The notes: generated from the letters alone by a model not told the origin. A stretch of DNA of 64,000 bases from Octopus vulgaris (GCA_951406725.2 OX597819.1:17980001-18044000), one strand, 5' to 3'; positions 12,370 through 26,305 are shown, numbered from the stretch's first letter. Numbers and translations are program-made.

Positions 12370-12756
12370 TATATAAATGTGTGTGGTTGTGTTTTTCTGT
12401 CTTTACCATTCTCATACCTAACTTTCCGTCTGTATATGTGCGTGTATGTTTATGTGTGTCTATCTATGTACATTTTTCACACAAATTCACACATACAGAA
12501 ATATTTTGTATATAATGCGAGACACAGATCCCCTCTGCCTTGACTTACTTCATTTTACATTTATTTTTCTAATTGTTGTTCTTTTCCCCTCGCAGTTTTC
12601 TCTCTCTTTTCATGTTGGCTAAAACGACACGACAGCCTACTCTTTCTGTTTCTGCCACAAGCATCGGCAACCTACCCGACCGCTCTTGCAACGAACATTA
12701 TTGATTGTGAATTCATCCCGTCCTCGCGTTTTTGTTATACTTTTCATCTTTGCCAT

Positions 12757-12810
12757 ATACATACATACATACATACATACATACATACATACATTATATA
12801 CATACATACA

Positions 12811-12841
<31 letters not shown>

Positions 12842-12884
12842 CATACATACATCCATACATACATACATTACATACATACATACA

Positions 12885-12923
<39 letters not shown>

Positions 12924-12990
12924 CATACATACATACATACATACGCACACACATTACATATATACATACATACATACATCCATACATACA

Positions 12991-13021
<31 letters not shown>

Positions 13022-13192
13022 CATAACATACATACATACATACATACATAACATACATACATACATACATACATTACATACATACATACATACATACACA
13101 CATACATTACATCCATCCATCCATCCATACATACATACATTACATACATACATCCATCCATACATACATACATACATACATACATACATACA

Positions 13193-13223
<31 letters not shown>

Positions 13224-13237
13224 CATCCATACATACA

Positions 13238-13268
<31 letters not shown>

Positions 13269-13425
13269 CATACATACATACATTACATACATACATACAT
13301 TACATCCATCCATACATACTTACATACATACATCCATCCATCCATACATACATTACATACATACATACATACATAACATACATACATAACATACATACAT
13401 ACATACATACATAAATACATACGTA
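12757..13425. repeat. (ACAT)n imperfect tetranucleotide array
   Basis: Direct reading. Confidence 0.98.
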
Positions 13426-14040
13426 CATAGCAACATACAGGGATACACACACACACACAGATATATATATAGTGTGTGTGGTTGTTCTTTGATATACCGA
13501 ACGTCTATTTCTGCTTTCTGTCATTTGTCATCGGAGACCAAAGTCTGTCACATCGTCGAATTATTTCTAATCATCCACAGTCATCTGTTTCGAGAGTCAT
13601 TCTCCTATCAAGATCGGTTGAGATACATTCTGTAAAGTATTCATGAAGATCTCTTCGTGTACGACTGTGTTTATGTGTGTGTTTATGTGGCTTTTTTGTT
13701 TCGACGTTGATTAAAAGCCAGTATTTTGGTCACACTCTTACACTGCCATTTACCGCATTCATGCACGCGCACACACACACACATCCCCGCGAACACAGGC
13801 GCTCTCCGCCGTTAAACACCTACGAATTATTGGTCATGGCACCATTGGTGCAAATGAAAACCCAATGACAGTTCTACCAAAACAGAAAGATTCGCTTATA
13901 GACACCAATTGATTGCGTATGTGTCCCTGGGGCGTAGTTTTCGACGTCTTTCTCTCTTTTGGCTCCCTTCCTTCTTCATATACAGTCTCTTGTAATATTC
14001 GACTCTACATAAATATCCATATATATATATATATATATAT

Positions 14041-14378
14041 ATCTCAACGCTTCTGAAACAAACTTTGTTTACTTTCATCGTAGAATGTTGAATTTAAATT
14101 TAGCGTCTTATGAAGTTCTAAAAGTGCAGAAGAATTCGTTACCGGGCAGTTTAGTTTAATGGTAAAACACTTGATGCGTATTCGCAGGGATGTGAGTTCG
14201 AGTCTCATGGCTGGCCGGTAACGTATTTTTCTGCAATGTATGGATAATTTATCCTGATCACGCTATTTATTAACATTATCACGCATTTGAGAATACAGAA
14301 ATTTATTTCTGTATCTTTCAATACATCTCAACGGTTCTAAAACAAACACTGTTTGTTTGCTTTCATCGTAAGTTGAAT
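14041..14378 (+). mobile_element. Direct-repeat-bounded element containing a tRNA-like cloverleaf (14144-14217)
   Basis: Box A TAGTTTAATGG, box B GTTCGAGTC, D stem GTTT/AAAC, T stem GTGAG/CTCAT, aberrant anticodon arm. ~53-bp direct repeats at 14041-14093 and 14325-14378. (TA)n on both sides. Confidence 0.7.
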
Positions 14379-14398
14379 ATATATATATATATATATAA

Positions 14399-14688
14399 AT
14401 GTTTAAGTAGTTGAATGAATTATCCTAGTATGGATAATTCGGTTAACCGATACCCGGGTAGCAAATTTACGTCAGAAAGCACGGTTGAAGCTTCATGCCA
14501 AGGGCAGAAATCACGTGCTTTCGTGTGGAAATTTGTGTGTTTTTTTATATGTCTTTATATGTCTTTCCTGATGAGAAGACGGCATAATGCACCCTTTATT
14601 CCTTCGGAATTAAGAATATGCAGTCTTCGAAACATTTGTCGAGAATAAAGGAATTTTGTTAAATCATCGTTCGACTCCATTCTTTCAT

Positions 14689-14690
<2 letters not shown>
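14399..14690 (+). mobile_element. Short HHR-bearing element (probable solo PLE pLTR or non-autonomous derivative)
   Basis: About 290 bp of complex sequence between (TA)n and (TC)n(TA)n tracts, carrying the HHR at 14553-14650. Confidence 0.6.
14553..14650 (+). ncRNA. Type-I hammerhead ribozyme with canonical core and long stem II
   Basis: ctttat-atgtc-tttc CTGATGA GAAGAC(g)GCATA...TATGC(a)GTCTTC GAAA C-ATTT-G TC gaga-ataaag. Intact CUGAUGA/GAAA core, GUC cleavage triplet at 14638-14640, and a bulged stem I (tttc/gaga, then ctttat/ataaag). Confidence 0.82.
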
Positions 14691-14757
<67 letters not shown>

Positions 14758-14782
14758 CATATATACATACATATATATATAT

Positions 14783-14829
<47 letters not shown>

Positions 14830-14832
<3 letters not shown>

Positions 14833-15140
14833 TCATTCCATAAATAATGCGGGTTCAGATTTTAGATAAGCAAAGTACTTTTTTCCTACAATGTTATTCC
14901 ATTTATATAGTAGACATGCAAGACCACACTTCCATTATTCCAAAATTCACTTCTCTGTGACGAAAAATACTCCTCCAGTACTGTTATTACCTCTTCTACA
15001 AGATTCATATTTTTTTCTGTCCAAATGATTTCGAAGAATGCAGAATAAATGATAATCAGGTGAGGCAATGTCCGGCGAATATGGTGGGTCGAGCATTGTT
15101 TCCCATTGAAACTGTTCCAGCCTTTGGGATGTCATCATTT
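14830..15140 (-). mobile_element. Mariner transposase C-terminal remnant
   Basis: WETMLDPPYSPDIASPDYHLF (the YSPDLAPxD motif) followed by a decayed C-terminus. Ends at TA repeats. Confidence 0.85.
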
Positions 15141-16825
15141 TTTATCTCGAAGAGAAGAAGATATGAATAATTGTTTCTAATTTAGGTACAAGGCCAGCAA
15201 TTTCGAAGAGAAGGAACGAATCAATCCTTGTACTTGAACTGTGATTATTTTATCGATCTCGAAAGAGCATGAAAGGTAAATTTCGCTTTGGCGAGATTTG
15301 AGCTCAGAAATTAAATTGACGGAAGAAATACCGAGAAATATTTTGTCCGACTTTCCAACCATTCTGCCAAACCGTAATTTAGTTGTAATTTATTGACTAA
15401 AAAGAAAAGGAAAATATAACCTCGAATGGAAAGATTAGTGAAATTTCGAATTACGGAACAGAAGATGTCAGATCATATTTCGCTATTAGCCTTCGATTTT
15501 GTTTTTCCAGCCAACAGATCTTTTTTTTTTACCCATAGTGTTTTAAACGCTATTAGAATATAATATAATCCATGATATTATTGTTAGCTGTATCCACTTC
15601 GATACGAGCATGTCTAATTAATTATGTCACATGCTGTATCGGTATTTTCCCGAGGGAAGCATTTTGAATAGTGCTTAGTTCAACGATTTTCTCTGAGTAA
15701 GATCGAAATAAACTTCCGTAGCATTTCAATTAATATCAAAATAGCAAACCGAATTTTCCGGTGGTCTAAAACTTCCACTTTGATTCATTTTAACAACAAT
15801 CGATAATATGGTAATTCATCTCGTATTCTTCATACTGAAACATTTTCATCGTGCAATGATTTAATTTCAATAATAGGTAGCATATATTTCATCAAAAATT
15901 ACCTGTACTTTTATAACAAGCACTTTAATATACCTGTGACCAGGTTTTGATAAAAAATAAAGACGGCAAAATCGTACAGTATTATGCGAAAGAAACGACA
16001 TCTAGTGTGACAGAAATAAAACTACATAAAGTTTAGCAAATGATACTCGTCTTGTACAAAAAGGAAAGTCTTACATACAAAATTTTACAGCCTTATGGCG
16101 CCCTCTAGCGAACGTTTTGCAATTCTAATATATATGTGTCGTTTACGTGTGAAATTCTACATATATTATCTCGTCGTTGTGGTTTTGTTTCTTTCTTATT
16201 TATATTCTTTACCTTGTAATATTTACAACAAAATAATCAAAGCACGTTATCAGTTTCCGCTTTCATGGATTTCAAATTGATTTTTGGCAAGGCATAAAGG
16301 CAATCTCTATTATTCTATGTTAAACATGTATTTTCCCATTTTCACAATAACATTGCTAGATTTTCCACCATCTTTTTCAGGCAAGTGATAAGGCACGTTC
16401 AGATGTGATAATATAAAGAGGATAGAGCGTGTGAAAGTGAAACCTAAGAAATAAAAGAAAAAAAAATGACGAAAAATATTCAAAATATATGCAGGGAATT
16501 TTAACGAACACTCATTATTAAATAAATGTATAGATGGACACGCGTATACATTGCTGTGTGTGTGTGTGTGCCTGTACATATATAAGTGTATATGTGTATT
16601 TATGCGTAAATATATATATGCTTCATTCTCTCTCTCCCTCTCTCTATCTATTTATCTATTTATGTGTCTGTTTCTATATGTTAAACATGTAAATATGTAC
16701 ATATATGTGTACATGTGTGCTCGTGTGCGTGTATGTATGTGTGTGTCTAATATATCATCCTCATCCATATATACAGATATTTGACATAAGCATATCAATA
16801 TTTTTTAACTAGCTATCTGTCTGTA

Positions 16826-16882
<57 letters not shown>

Positions 16883-17514
16883 GTCTGTCTGTCTGTCTGT
16901 CTGTTTATCTATCTATCTCCACACAGACACACAGACACATAAACACATATACACACTCACACACAAACACAGACGCAAATGCATAAGAGAGAGAGAGAGA
17001 GAAAGAGAGAGAGATGTGCCAAGATGCATTCAAACATTGACACATAGAGATTATACCCATAAACACACATACACGCATAGGTCACTCATATACGCACACA
17101 AACAGACATTTATGAGACGCTTATCTTGTGTATAGATGTTGAATGTGTAGAAATCTATTGAGTAAATGTTGTGAAGTAGATTTAGTAATTAAAGAGAAGA
17201 ATCATAGCAAAAGCCCCCGATTTAATTGAGGTTATTCAAATCTCAACAATAAATTTCAGTCACTTCAACATAAATACCATATATAGAACTCATCAGATCC
17301 ATGGCATTATACAAAGATGGAATTTCAATATTCGTGAAATGGAAACAAATCACAGTAAATGTAAAATTTGTTTCAAATATAACTGAATGTATATCTTCTG
17401 TATGCACACAAACATATACATACATACATACATACATACATACACATCTCTTTCTCCCTACCCCATTTCTCTTTTCTTTTCTGTCTCTCTCCTCCTTCTC
17501 CCTATCTCTCCCCC

Positions 17515-17572
<58 letters not shown>

Positions 17573-17640
17573 GATATATGTTTTGGTCATTTCTTATTTG
17601 CAGTGCTTCCTGCATCGTCGGAATGGTATAAGAGAGAGAG

Positions 17641-17671
<31 letters not shown>

Positions 17672-17869
17672 AAGAGAGAGAGAGAGTGTGTGCGTGGATG
17701 TATGTAAGTGAGAGTGTGTGTGTGTGTGTGTATGTATAATAGCGTTTAGATATTATCTCATTCGTCAAACTTTGCTCTTCCTTAGTTGAATTCGTTAAGG
17801 TTTATGCGCTCTCTCCCACTTTCTTTCTCTTTTTCTCCCTCTCGCTATCTCTGTCTGTCCTTCTCTAAT

Positions 17870-18035
17870 ATACGAGGTGGTATCAAAAGGATCCTGCATT
17901 AATTGTTAAATAAAAAGTTGCTTATTTGCCTATTTTTATCATCATCTCCTTCAGAATAGTCAACTTGCGCAGCAATCCACCTGTCCCAGGTTTCCTGCCA
18001 CTTTTGGAATCCGTCCTGGAAGTTGTTTTGTTTAA
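17870..18035 (-). mobile_element. Mariner 3' end fragment with TIR-like end
   Basis: Minus strand gives FQDGFQKWQETWDRWIAAQVDYSEGD, a typical mariner C-terminus. Terminus reads TAcgaggtggtatcaaaa. Confidence 0.7.
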
Positions 18036-18037
18036 GC

Positions 18038-18113
<76 letters not shown>

Positions 18114-21100
18114 GGTGAACCATGAAGCATATGTTCGGAATAATTCATTCGTGGACAGAGAAATAATTTACTGCTGTATCTCCATATTTCGTCTTTGCTT
18201 GGCGTTTCTTCGTCAAATGTAGATTTCCTTTAACTAACCCCGAATGTACTTCTCATAAACTCACTGATATTAATGACTAACATAATGTGGCTGGATCAAT
18301 TTGAATACTTAACACTTTCTTGGCAACTCGTTGGAATATTAAATTACTTGAGTTGTAGCAATGTTTCGTTGCGTACATATTGTGCTGGCGAAAGTTTCAA
18401 TAGAATTGTTCTCTAAGACGCGAACAAGAAAATCATTTAGTATATTATGTGACTCTATTAAGGAAAGACTGGCAAATTATTAACGCCTTTCGTAGAATGC
18501 TGAGCGTCATCTCTTCCGACCTTGCGCTCTGTTCACAAAATGCCTTGGAGGTCGAGTTTGTTTTTCATAATTTTAGAATCCAGAAAATAAGTACAATCAG
18601 AACACTGGGATTGATGTAACTGGCTCCCCACACACTTCAAATACATGTGTTCTGGCAGAATCGCTAACGTGTCGGTCAAAAGTTTCGTCTAATTCATTAC
18701 GGTCTGAGTTCAAATGTCTCTGCTGCCAATAAAGTAGCACCACTAATCATTGGAGTCCATGCAATCGCCCACCCTTAAAATTGCCATCCTTAAAGTCGCT
18801 GGTCTTCTGACGAAATTCGTAACTATTTTATCAAAGATTAAATAACTAATTAGAAGGTATTACTCGCTCTCTGTTTTTCATCGCTCACAGTTGGTTATTG
18901 ATAGGATGGAAAATATTACAGCGGCTGCATTGTTTTACATAAGCTGGATTGATATGTATTGCTTGTATAACAAAATACACTTCTCGCCACATCTTTTATT
19001 TTTTGACAAACCTTATTTCTCTCAGCCTCTTAAACTAAAAACAACCGCACATGACAGCGGAGGCGGTCACAAATCACATTTCACACGAAAGTACACTATT
19101 GTTTCACCATAAAGTAACTCTGCTTCAAAATTAAAACGAAAAACCCTAGAAGCGACCACAAATAACCCAATCATCGTCGTGGATTCACCATGAACTACAG
19201 AGTCGTTGCCATCTTCTTCTTCTTCAATGTAACGTATCTCACATTATAATCTGCAGTATACCTTTATAATCTGTAAAGCTGTTTATACTGACAGAGTTCA
19301 TTTAACGTTTTCTAATGGAAAATGTGAAAGATATGTAGTGGTGTTGAATGCTCAGCGGAATTTGAACTCAGAACATAAAAACAGGCGAAATACCGCTAAG
19401 TATTTCGCCCGGCGTGCTAACGTTTCTACCAACTCACCTCGGATGTCTTTTCAGATATTATTTCACAAATTATTGAACAATTGCTAAACAATAATTTGAC
19501 ACATCTAAGGCTGACATGATGACTAGTTAAACGGATAACAAGAGCAACATCAGACAAACAGATGTAAAATTTTGCGTTGGTGTCTACGATGTTACTACAA
19601 ACCGAATAATGGATTGCTTCTTCAGTCAGTTTCCAGAAACGAGTCGGTCATTAAGGCCCCGGCACAACTGTGCATGCGCAATATGGCGTTTTGTTAGCAT
19701 CTGGTGTGTGCGATGCAAGAAAAGCGGAATGAAACAAAAGATTTTGGACTGAGAGAACTCTTTATAAAGAGCAAAATCACCATGTGTGTGTGTGTATATG
19801 AGTGTGTGTATGCTTGTGTGTGTGTGTGTGTAAGTGCGTGTATGGTTGTGTATGTGTTTGAGTATGTGTAGTACTGTCAAAATCCATGAATATACGCACA
19901 TTTCCAAACAGACATTTGCAGACACACTCACGCACACACGCACATACACACACACTCACACACGCGTACGCGCACATACACACTTAAACACAGCACACAG
20001 TGTCTCCCACCAGTTATATGATTGAAAACAATTAAATAACTATATTGACTGTCTTCAATGTGAACAGGAAATTAGAAGGTCCTTTTTGTGTCAATAACGC
20101 ATTCTGTTAAAGTTAATGAAGCACGCATGCGTAGTACAAAACGCTTATCTTCCGGTGACTCATTTCCACCGCAACAAACTTAGAGGTATGGCAAGAAAAA
20201 ATGTTTTTATATAGCAGTATTGATATTATTATTATTATTATTAGTAGTAGTAGTAGTTGTAGTAGCATCAGCAGCAGCAGTAGTTGTAGTAGTAGTGGTA
20301 GTAGTAGTAGTAGTAGCAGCAGCAGCAGTAGCAGTAGTAGTAGTAGTAGTAGTAGTATATACATGCTTATTATTTTTATTAGTATATTCATTTGATTCAT
20401 TATATTTTAGAAACAATATGTATTTTTAATAAATACATATTTATACAGAAATAAAGTACCGGTTATAAACTTGGGTCGGCATAGTTTACTTTCTGTCTCC
20501 CCACCAAATTTCTAGTCTTGTATCTCTTATATAGAAACTGGAGGCGGCATTTTGAAAAAGATTAGAGGGGTATAAAAATTGTTTTACAATATTTGTTTTA
20601 ATGTTTTATTTTCTGAAATTAAAAGACGTCTCATTTCTTTTCCATGGACGTGAGAAATGACATTTTGGAAAATGGGAGAATCCGGAAGATATCTTAGGTG
20701 ACTCACTGTCTACGATGTCTTTTCTTTTTATGTATTTCATTGATTCATTGCACTAGTTATTACTATGCACTTAAGTACCTGCTTTAGAGGAATCTCAAAC
20801 TGTGTACCAAAAATGAAATAAGTTCTGTAAGGAGATTTACGAAGCATTGATGCGGTGTAAGGAGCAAAGAAGTGTACAGAATTACTAATAAAGAAATGTT
20901 GAAAGATTATACTTAAGAAGATAATGATTTACTAAATCACACATTGAGATCACCGAAAGAAACAGAGACACAAGATTCATGGGTTACAAGGCGCATGTAT
21001 ATGAAAAAGAAAATATGATGTTGGATTTTTTGTTAGATAATTTTGTCCTGGACATCTTGCAATCGTAATGCAAGAACTGTGAGTGCGAGGGAAACATTAC

Positions 21101-21200
21101 ATGAAAGAAAATGCTTCCAAAGACCGCAGCAAAGCGTTTTGTGCGTATGTTTAGGTCCGGAACTGGATGCTCCAAACTGGGCTGCGTTTGTCCGTATACC

Positions 21201-21277
<77 letters not shown>

Positions 21278-21286
21278 CATCTATCC

Positions 21287-21346
<60 letters not shown>

Positions 21347-21363
21347 GTCTCTATCGATCTACC

Positions 21364-21432
<69 letters not shown>

Positions 21433-21448
21433 GTCTCTATCGATCTAC

Positions 21449-21526
<78 letters not shown>

Positions 21527-21540
21527 GTCTGTCTGTCTGT
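21201..21540. repeat. (TCTA)n/(TCTG)n array
   Basis: Direct reading. Confidence 0.98.
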
Positions 21541-21666
21541 TACACGAACACACACACCAACACAACAAACACTTGTTATCTGTCTAGCAATATAGTAACA
21601 TAGAGATTTGCTTTAGAAAATACAACAATGTAGCTTATGTATGTGTGTGCGGGTGTGTTTATGTAT

Positions 21667-21709
<43 letters not shown>

Positions 21710-21993
21710 TATATATATATGTTCGCTTTCCCCAATCGAAGATGAGGGAGCTTCCTCTTCGTCACAGTTTAAGCAACACTTACTACCATTAAGATGTCAT
21801 TCGCGTATCTTTCGATTTCCTGTTTATTATTGCATCCACATTCTGATAACAAGAACTCTCTGCCATTTTCTGTTACGTTTGCTCTCTTGGTACAAAAATA
21901 AATATCTTAAAGTGATACAGCCTTATACATACATACATGCATTCATACATACATACATACATACATGCATTCATACATACATACATGCATACA

Positions 21994-22024
<31 letters not shown>

Positions 22025-22305
22025 GTGTATACCTCCATACATTCATACACGCACACGCATGTATGTGTATGTTTGTGAGTTTGTATGCGTGTATACATAT
22101 ATACACACGTACACGAATGTCAAGTTAATTTCGATATTTTCCTTTCGTAGTGCATTTACAATGTTTTATTTTTGTTATATCTCATCGTAACCTTATAATA
22201 AACGTGATCCATAACACGAATTAATTACTGGATATGGACGTGGGATCAGAGTAAACTATTTCACATTCACTGGAAGCTAATTTTCTTTTATTTTTACATT
22301 TGCTG

Positions 22306-22708
<403 letters not shown>

Positions 22709-24547
22709 TGCCGTGGTTGTTGCTTTTGTTGTGGTGTTGGTGTTGGTGGTGGCGTATCTCATCATTAGTACCCTGGATTTTCTTACGCAACTACAACGTT
22801 TTTTGTTGATTTTATCGTAATGAAAATCAAATCTCCAGCTAAAATATATTTGATCAAAAGAAGGCTAAGATATTATTCTTTTATTTTGACAGAAATTGCG
22901 ATATATGTTCCATTTTTTTTTCTCAAAGTTTTCTTGTCCGTTTTTATTTGTTTTCTTTCAGTTTTTATGTAACTTTTTATTATTATATTTCATTTATATA
23001 TTTATGTTTTATTTTTTTAAAATCGTTTTTATTTTCAATATTACCAGGAAGCTACTGGGAAAAAGCAAAAAAAAAAACCTTTTGTATAAAATAGTTCTAT
23101 AAAATATATATGTAAAATAAATATATAAAGCAATGTATATATGTATACTCTGTGGAAAAAAAATTGTGTAAAATCTGCCGATGTTATGTTAGTGGATATA
23201 TGGACAGGCACACCTACACCACCACCATTCATTGAAATGGTACTGATGTCATTTTGCTGCTGGTATGATTGATTGCACATTAGAAGATTTCATAGACGCT
23301 TCACTTAATTAGGAAAGGAAATTTAAAATGGAAGATTTAAGTGTAAATATACAAACAACGTTTCTTACAGTATTTGATGGCGCGTAACCAGCGCGATCAA
23401 AGCGTTCAAAGTAAACTTGACCTTCACGAAAAAATTAATTATAAAAAATATACTTCTCAAAAGTAATATACCGTGGTTTATAATTCAATAGAATTCGTTT
23501 CTTCTGTAATTCAACGCCCAGCAATAAGAATAATGGGAGAGCGAAAATTCTGAAAATTTCTCACAGAACATCTATATCAGAATCCAATTATTTGCAGGAA
23601 TCTATATTGCTATGCATTTAATATATTTCAAAATTCATGGATTATTATTTTTTATGATGTGAGGAATGTCTTATATTTTAAAATTCCAAAATAGAACGAA
23701 AAAATTTCGCTATGCTGGAAAAACTTAGAGTGACAACTGGTACGATTTTAGCTTGTTGTAGTTGCCAATGTGTCTATATACCTCTTATTGTCGTTTGGAT
23801 TCAAACCAAATTTATTGAGTAAATATACTGTGAGTGTTATTTAAAAGATGACCATGCTGCACATCACGTGATACAATGTACCGAGGATCATCAGCACAGA
23901 ATCTGCTGTCAAAAAAGCATTATGATGTAAAAGGAAAATTCCTTTGGTATTCTGATCAAATTAGGACATCACCTGAAGTCTCCTCAGCAACCGCATGGCG
24001 ATTCTTTCATTGATCTTTATGTTATGTTCGAGAGATTTAGCTTCAATTTGTAAAATCAGTTTAGTGGCACTCACTTTAGCTTTTCTGTCCTTGCTTTGTT
24101 TCAGGGTGGAGCGATTATGCTTCTTGTACGGCTTGGAGTTGATTGGTTTATGTTGTCAACGGTGGTGACAAAAAAATACTCGTCTGAAGCAAATGCAGAC
24201 ATGCTATAAAACACTTTACCTAACTTCGTTAACCTACATAAACTAAATAAACGATGACGTTAATCTGCACCCTGCCATTCGTTCTAGAAAGAGTATCGTT
24301 TGCCCTTTTAATAAGCAGTTGTCCGGGAGTAAACGAAAGATATGTGTTGGTTTCAGGTACCTTACCTTTGCCAAAAATGATTGTACAGTGTTTTGAATCG
24401 AAGGTGGATATCATTTGGTTCAACATGCACTGAAACATTAAGCACAAAATATGCAGGTCGTATTAAACCGAGGATAAAAGCATGACACGGCAAATATTAA
24501 AAAAAAACTTCCCCATTAAACTAGTTTTACAGAAGTACTGTTATATA

Positions 24548-24753
24548 TAGTTGGAATTTACAAAAAAAAAAACCCAAAAACAGGAAAAGGGAAAAGACGA
24601 AGAAGGGTGTGTAAACAACAAACAGATGTATTAGTTTAACGCTCGGGAAGTGAGACAGTCTTTAACGTTTCGAGCCTAAGCTCTCCGACAGAAAGGAACA
24701 CAGAAATAAGCAGAGGGAGAGAAAAAAAAAAAAATGTTCTGTGGCCAGCGATC
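24548..24753 (-). mobile_element. ~205-bp HHR-like element, family B; motif at 24660-24695
   Basis: Minus strand reads cttt CTGTCGG A GAGC-TTAG-GCTC GAAA CG T T AAAG. Shares atcgctggc..ttcc(c/t)gagcgt..taatac..ttgtt..aact-TATA blocks with 49455-49660 and is homologous to 41575-41740. Flanked by TA repeats. Confidence 0.65.
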
Positions 24754-24829
24754 TATATATGTATATATATGAGCTGAAACTAGAATCAATCAATCATATA
24801 TATATATATATATATATATATAGTATATA

Positions 24830-24990
24830 TAGGAGTGGCTGTGTGGTAAGTAGCTTGCTAACCAACCACATGGTTCCGGGTTCAGTCCCACTGCGTGGCA
24901 TCTTGGACAAGTGTCTTCTACTATAGCCCCGGGCCGATCAATGCCTTGTGAGTGGATTTGGTAGACGGAAACTGAAAGACGCCCGTCGTA
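24830..24990 (+). mobile_element. tRNA-derived SINE (family 3)
   Basis: TGGCTGTGTGGTAAG..GGGTTCAGTCCC..ttggacaagtgtcttctactatagc. A decayed antisense copy lies at ~36330-36487. Confidence 0.85.
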
Positions 24991-25030
<40 letters not shown>

Positions 25031-25523
25031 CGTTTGATAGAACTACTGACCAAATATTATGTCTCACCTAAAAGCAATGCAAATATGTTTATTTGTGTTG
25101 ATCTGATTAGAAACACTAAACGTTTATTATCTCCCTTTCCCAAATGTCGGCAATCTTATCCTCCTCCTTCTATCAAGTGACCCCTTCCTTCATTTTTCAT
25201 TCCTGACTCTAGTCTTTCCTTCATTCTCTTCCCCTTACTGTAACTTGTCTTCCTCCTTTCTCTATTCTAATTGCGTCTTTCCCTCCTTTGCTCCTCTCGC
25301 CCATGCACGTACCGTTTTCCAGTGCTCTGTTTGTTATAACCAGAAAAGGCTCTGACCAACATACCGTAATGTATTTAGGTCGTTCAATTTTCCACGATGG
25401 GGCAATTGACGAATTGAGTAAACCTATCAGTGATATACTTATAATAACTACTGGAAACAGGTGTCGCCAAATCTACTCTAATAAAGGAAAACATATGTAA
25501 TAACTATTATTTATACCTTGTCT

Positions 25524-25576
<53 letters not shown>

Positions 25577-25729
25577 CACACACAGACATACATACGTATA
25601 TATATACATAAATTTATATATATGTATATACGTTTACGTGTATATATATGTAAATATATATATATATATATATACATGCATATATATATATACACAGACA
25701 TATATGTATAAAATATATATACATTCGTA

Positions 25730-25835
25730 TAACCCTCCTTCTCTTCTTTCCTGAGCGTCAATAATACTTTAATTGTTCCACGTCCTGCGTTGCTATGTTT
25801 TTTTCTCTTTTTTCTGTGTTTTCTTGTTTGGATTA

Positions 25836-25842
<7 letters not shown>
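25730..25842 (+). mobile_element. 5'-truncated copy of the 49455-49660 element (3' part only)
   Basis: aaccctccttct...ttcctgagcgtc.aataatacttta.ttgttccacgtcct...ttgtttggattaacttt(at)n matches 49554-49660. Confidence 0.75.
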
Positions 25843-25921
<79 letters not shown>

Positions 25922-25977
25922 TATATATATATATAAACAATTAATGTGTGTGCAATTATATTTTAATTAATGAAAAC

Positions 25978-26305
25978 GCATGGCTCGGTGGTTAGAACGT
26001 CGGGCTCACAACCGTGAAGTAGTGAGTTCGAAGCTCGGACCGGGCAGTGTGTTTTGTTCTTGAGCAAGACACTTTATTTCAGGTTGCTCCACTTCACTCA
26101 GCTTTAGAAATGAGTTGCAGTGCCAAGCAGCTGTATCGGCCTTTGCCTTTCCCGTTGTTAACATCGGTGGCGTGGAGAGTGGGGAGCTGGTGTGCATGGG
26201 CGATGCTGGCCCCCTATATGCAACCTGGCCCCACTTGTGTCTCGGAGAATAACTTTGCTGGTGCAAGTCAATGTTCATTTATGACAGAAGGGGGTCTTTA
26301 CCCTT
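25978..26305 (+). mobile_element. tRNA-derived SINE (family 1)
   Basis: TGGCTCGGTGGTTAG..GAGTTCGAAGC..ttcttgagcaagacactttatttc..ttcactcagct. Confidence 0.85.

Noticed and set aside
14144-14217. Functional tRNA gene
   Set aside because: The anticodon arm is not a 5-bp stem with a 7-nt loop, the acceptor stem has a G-G mismatch, and the sequence sits in a repeat-like unit.
17245-17300. Minus-strand CTGATGA...GAAA hammerhead candidate
   Set aside because: No stem I pairing and a poor stem II junction.
20560-21200. Possible Tc1-like remnant ([10 protein letters not shown].. on the minus strand)
   Set aside because: No clear catalytic motifs or paired TIRs.
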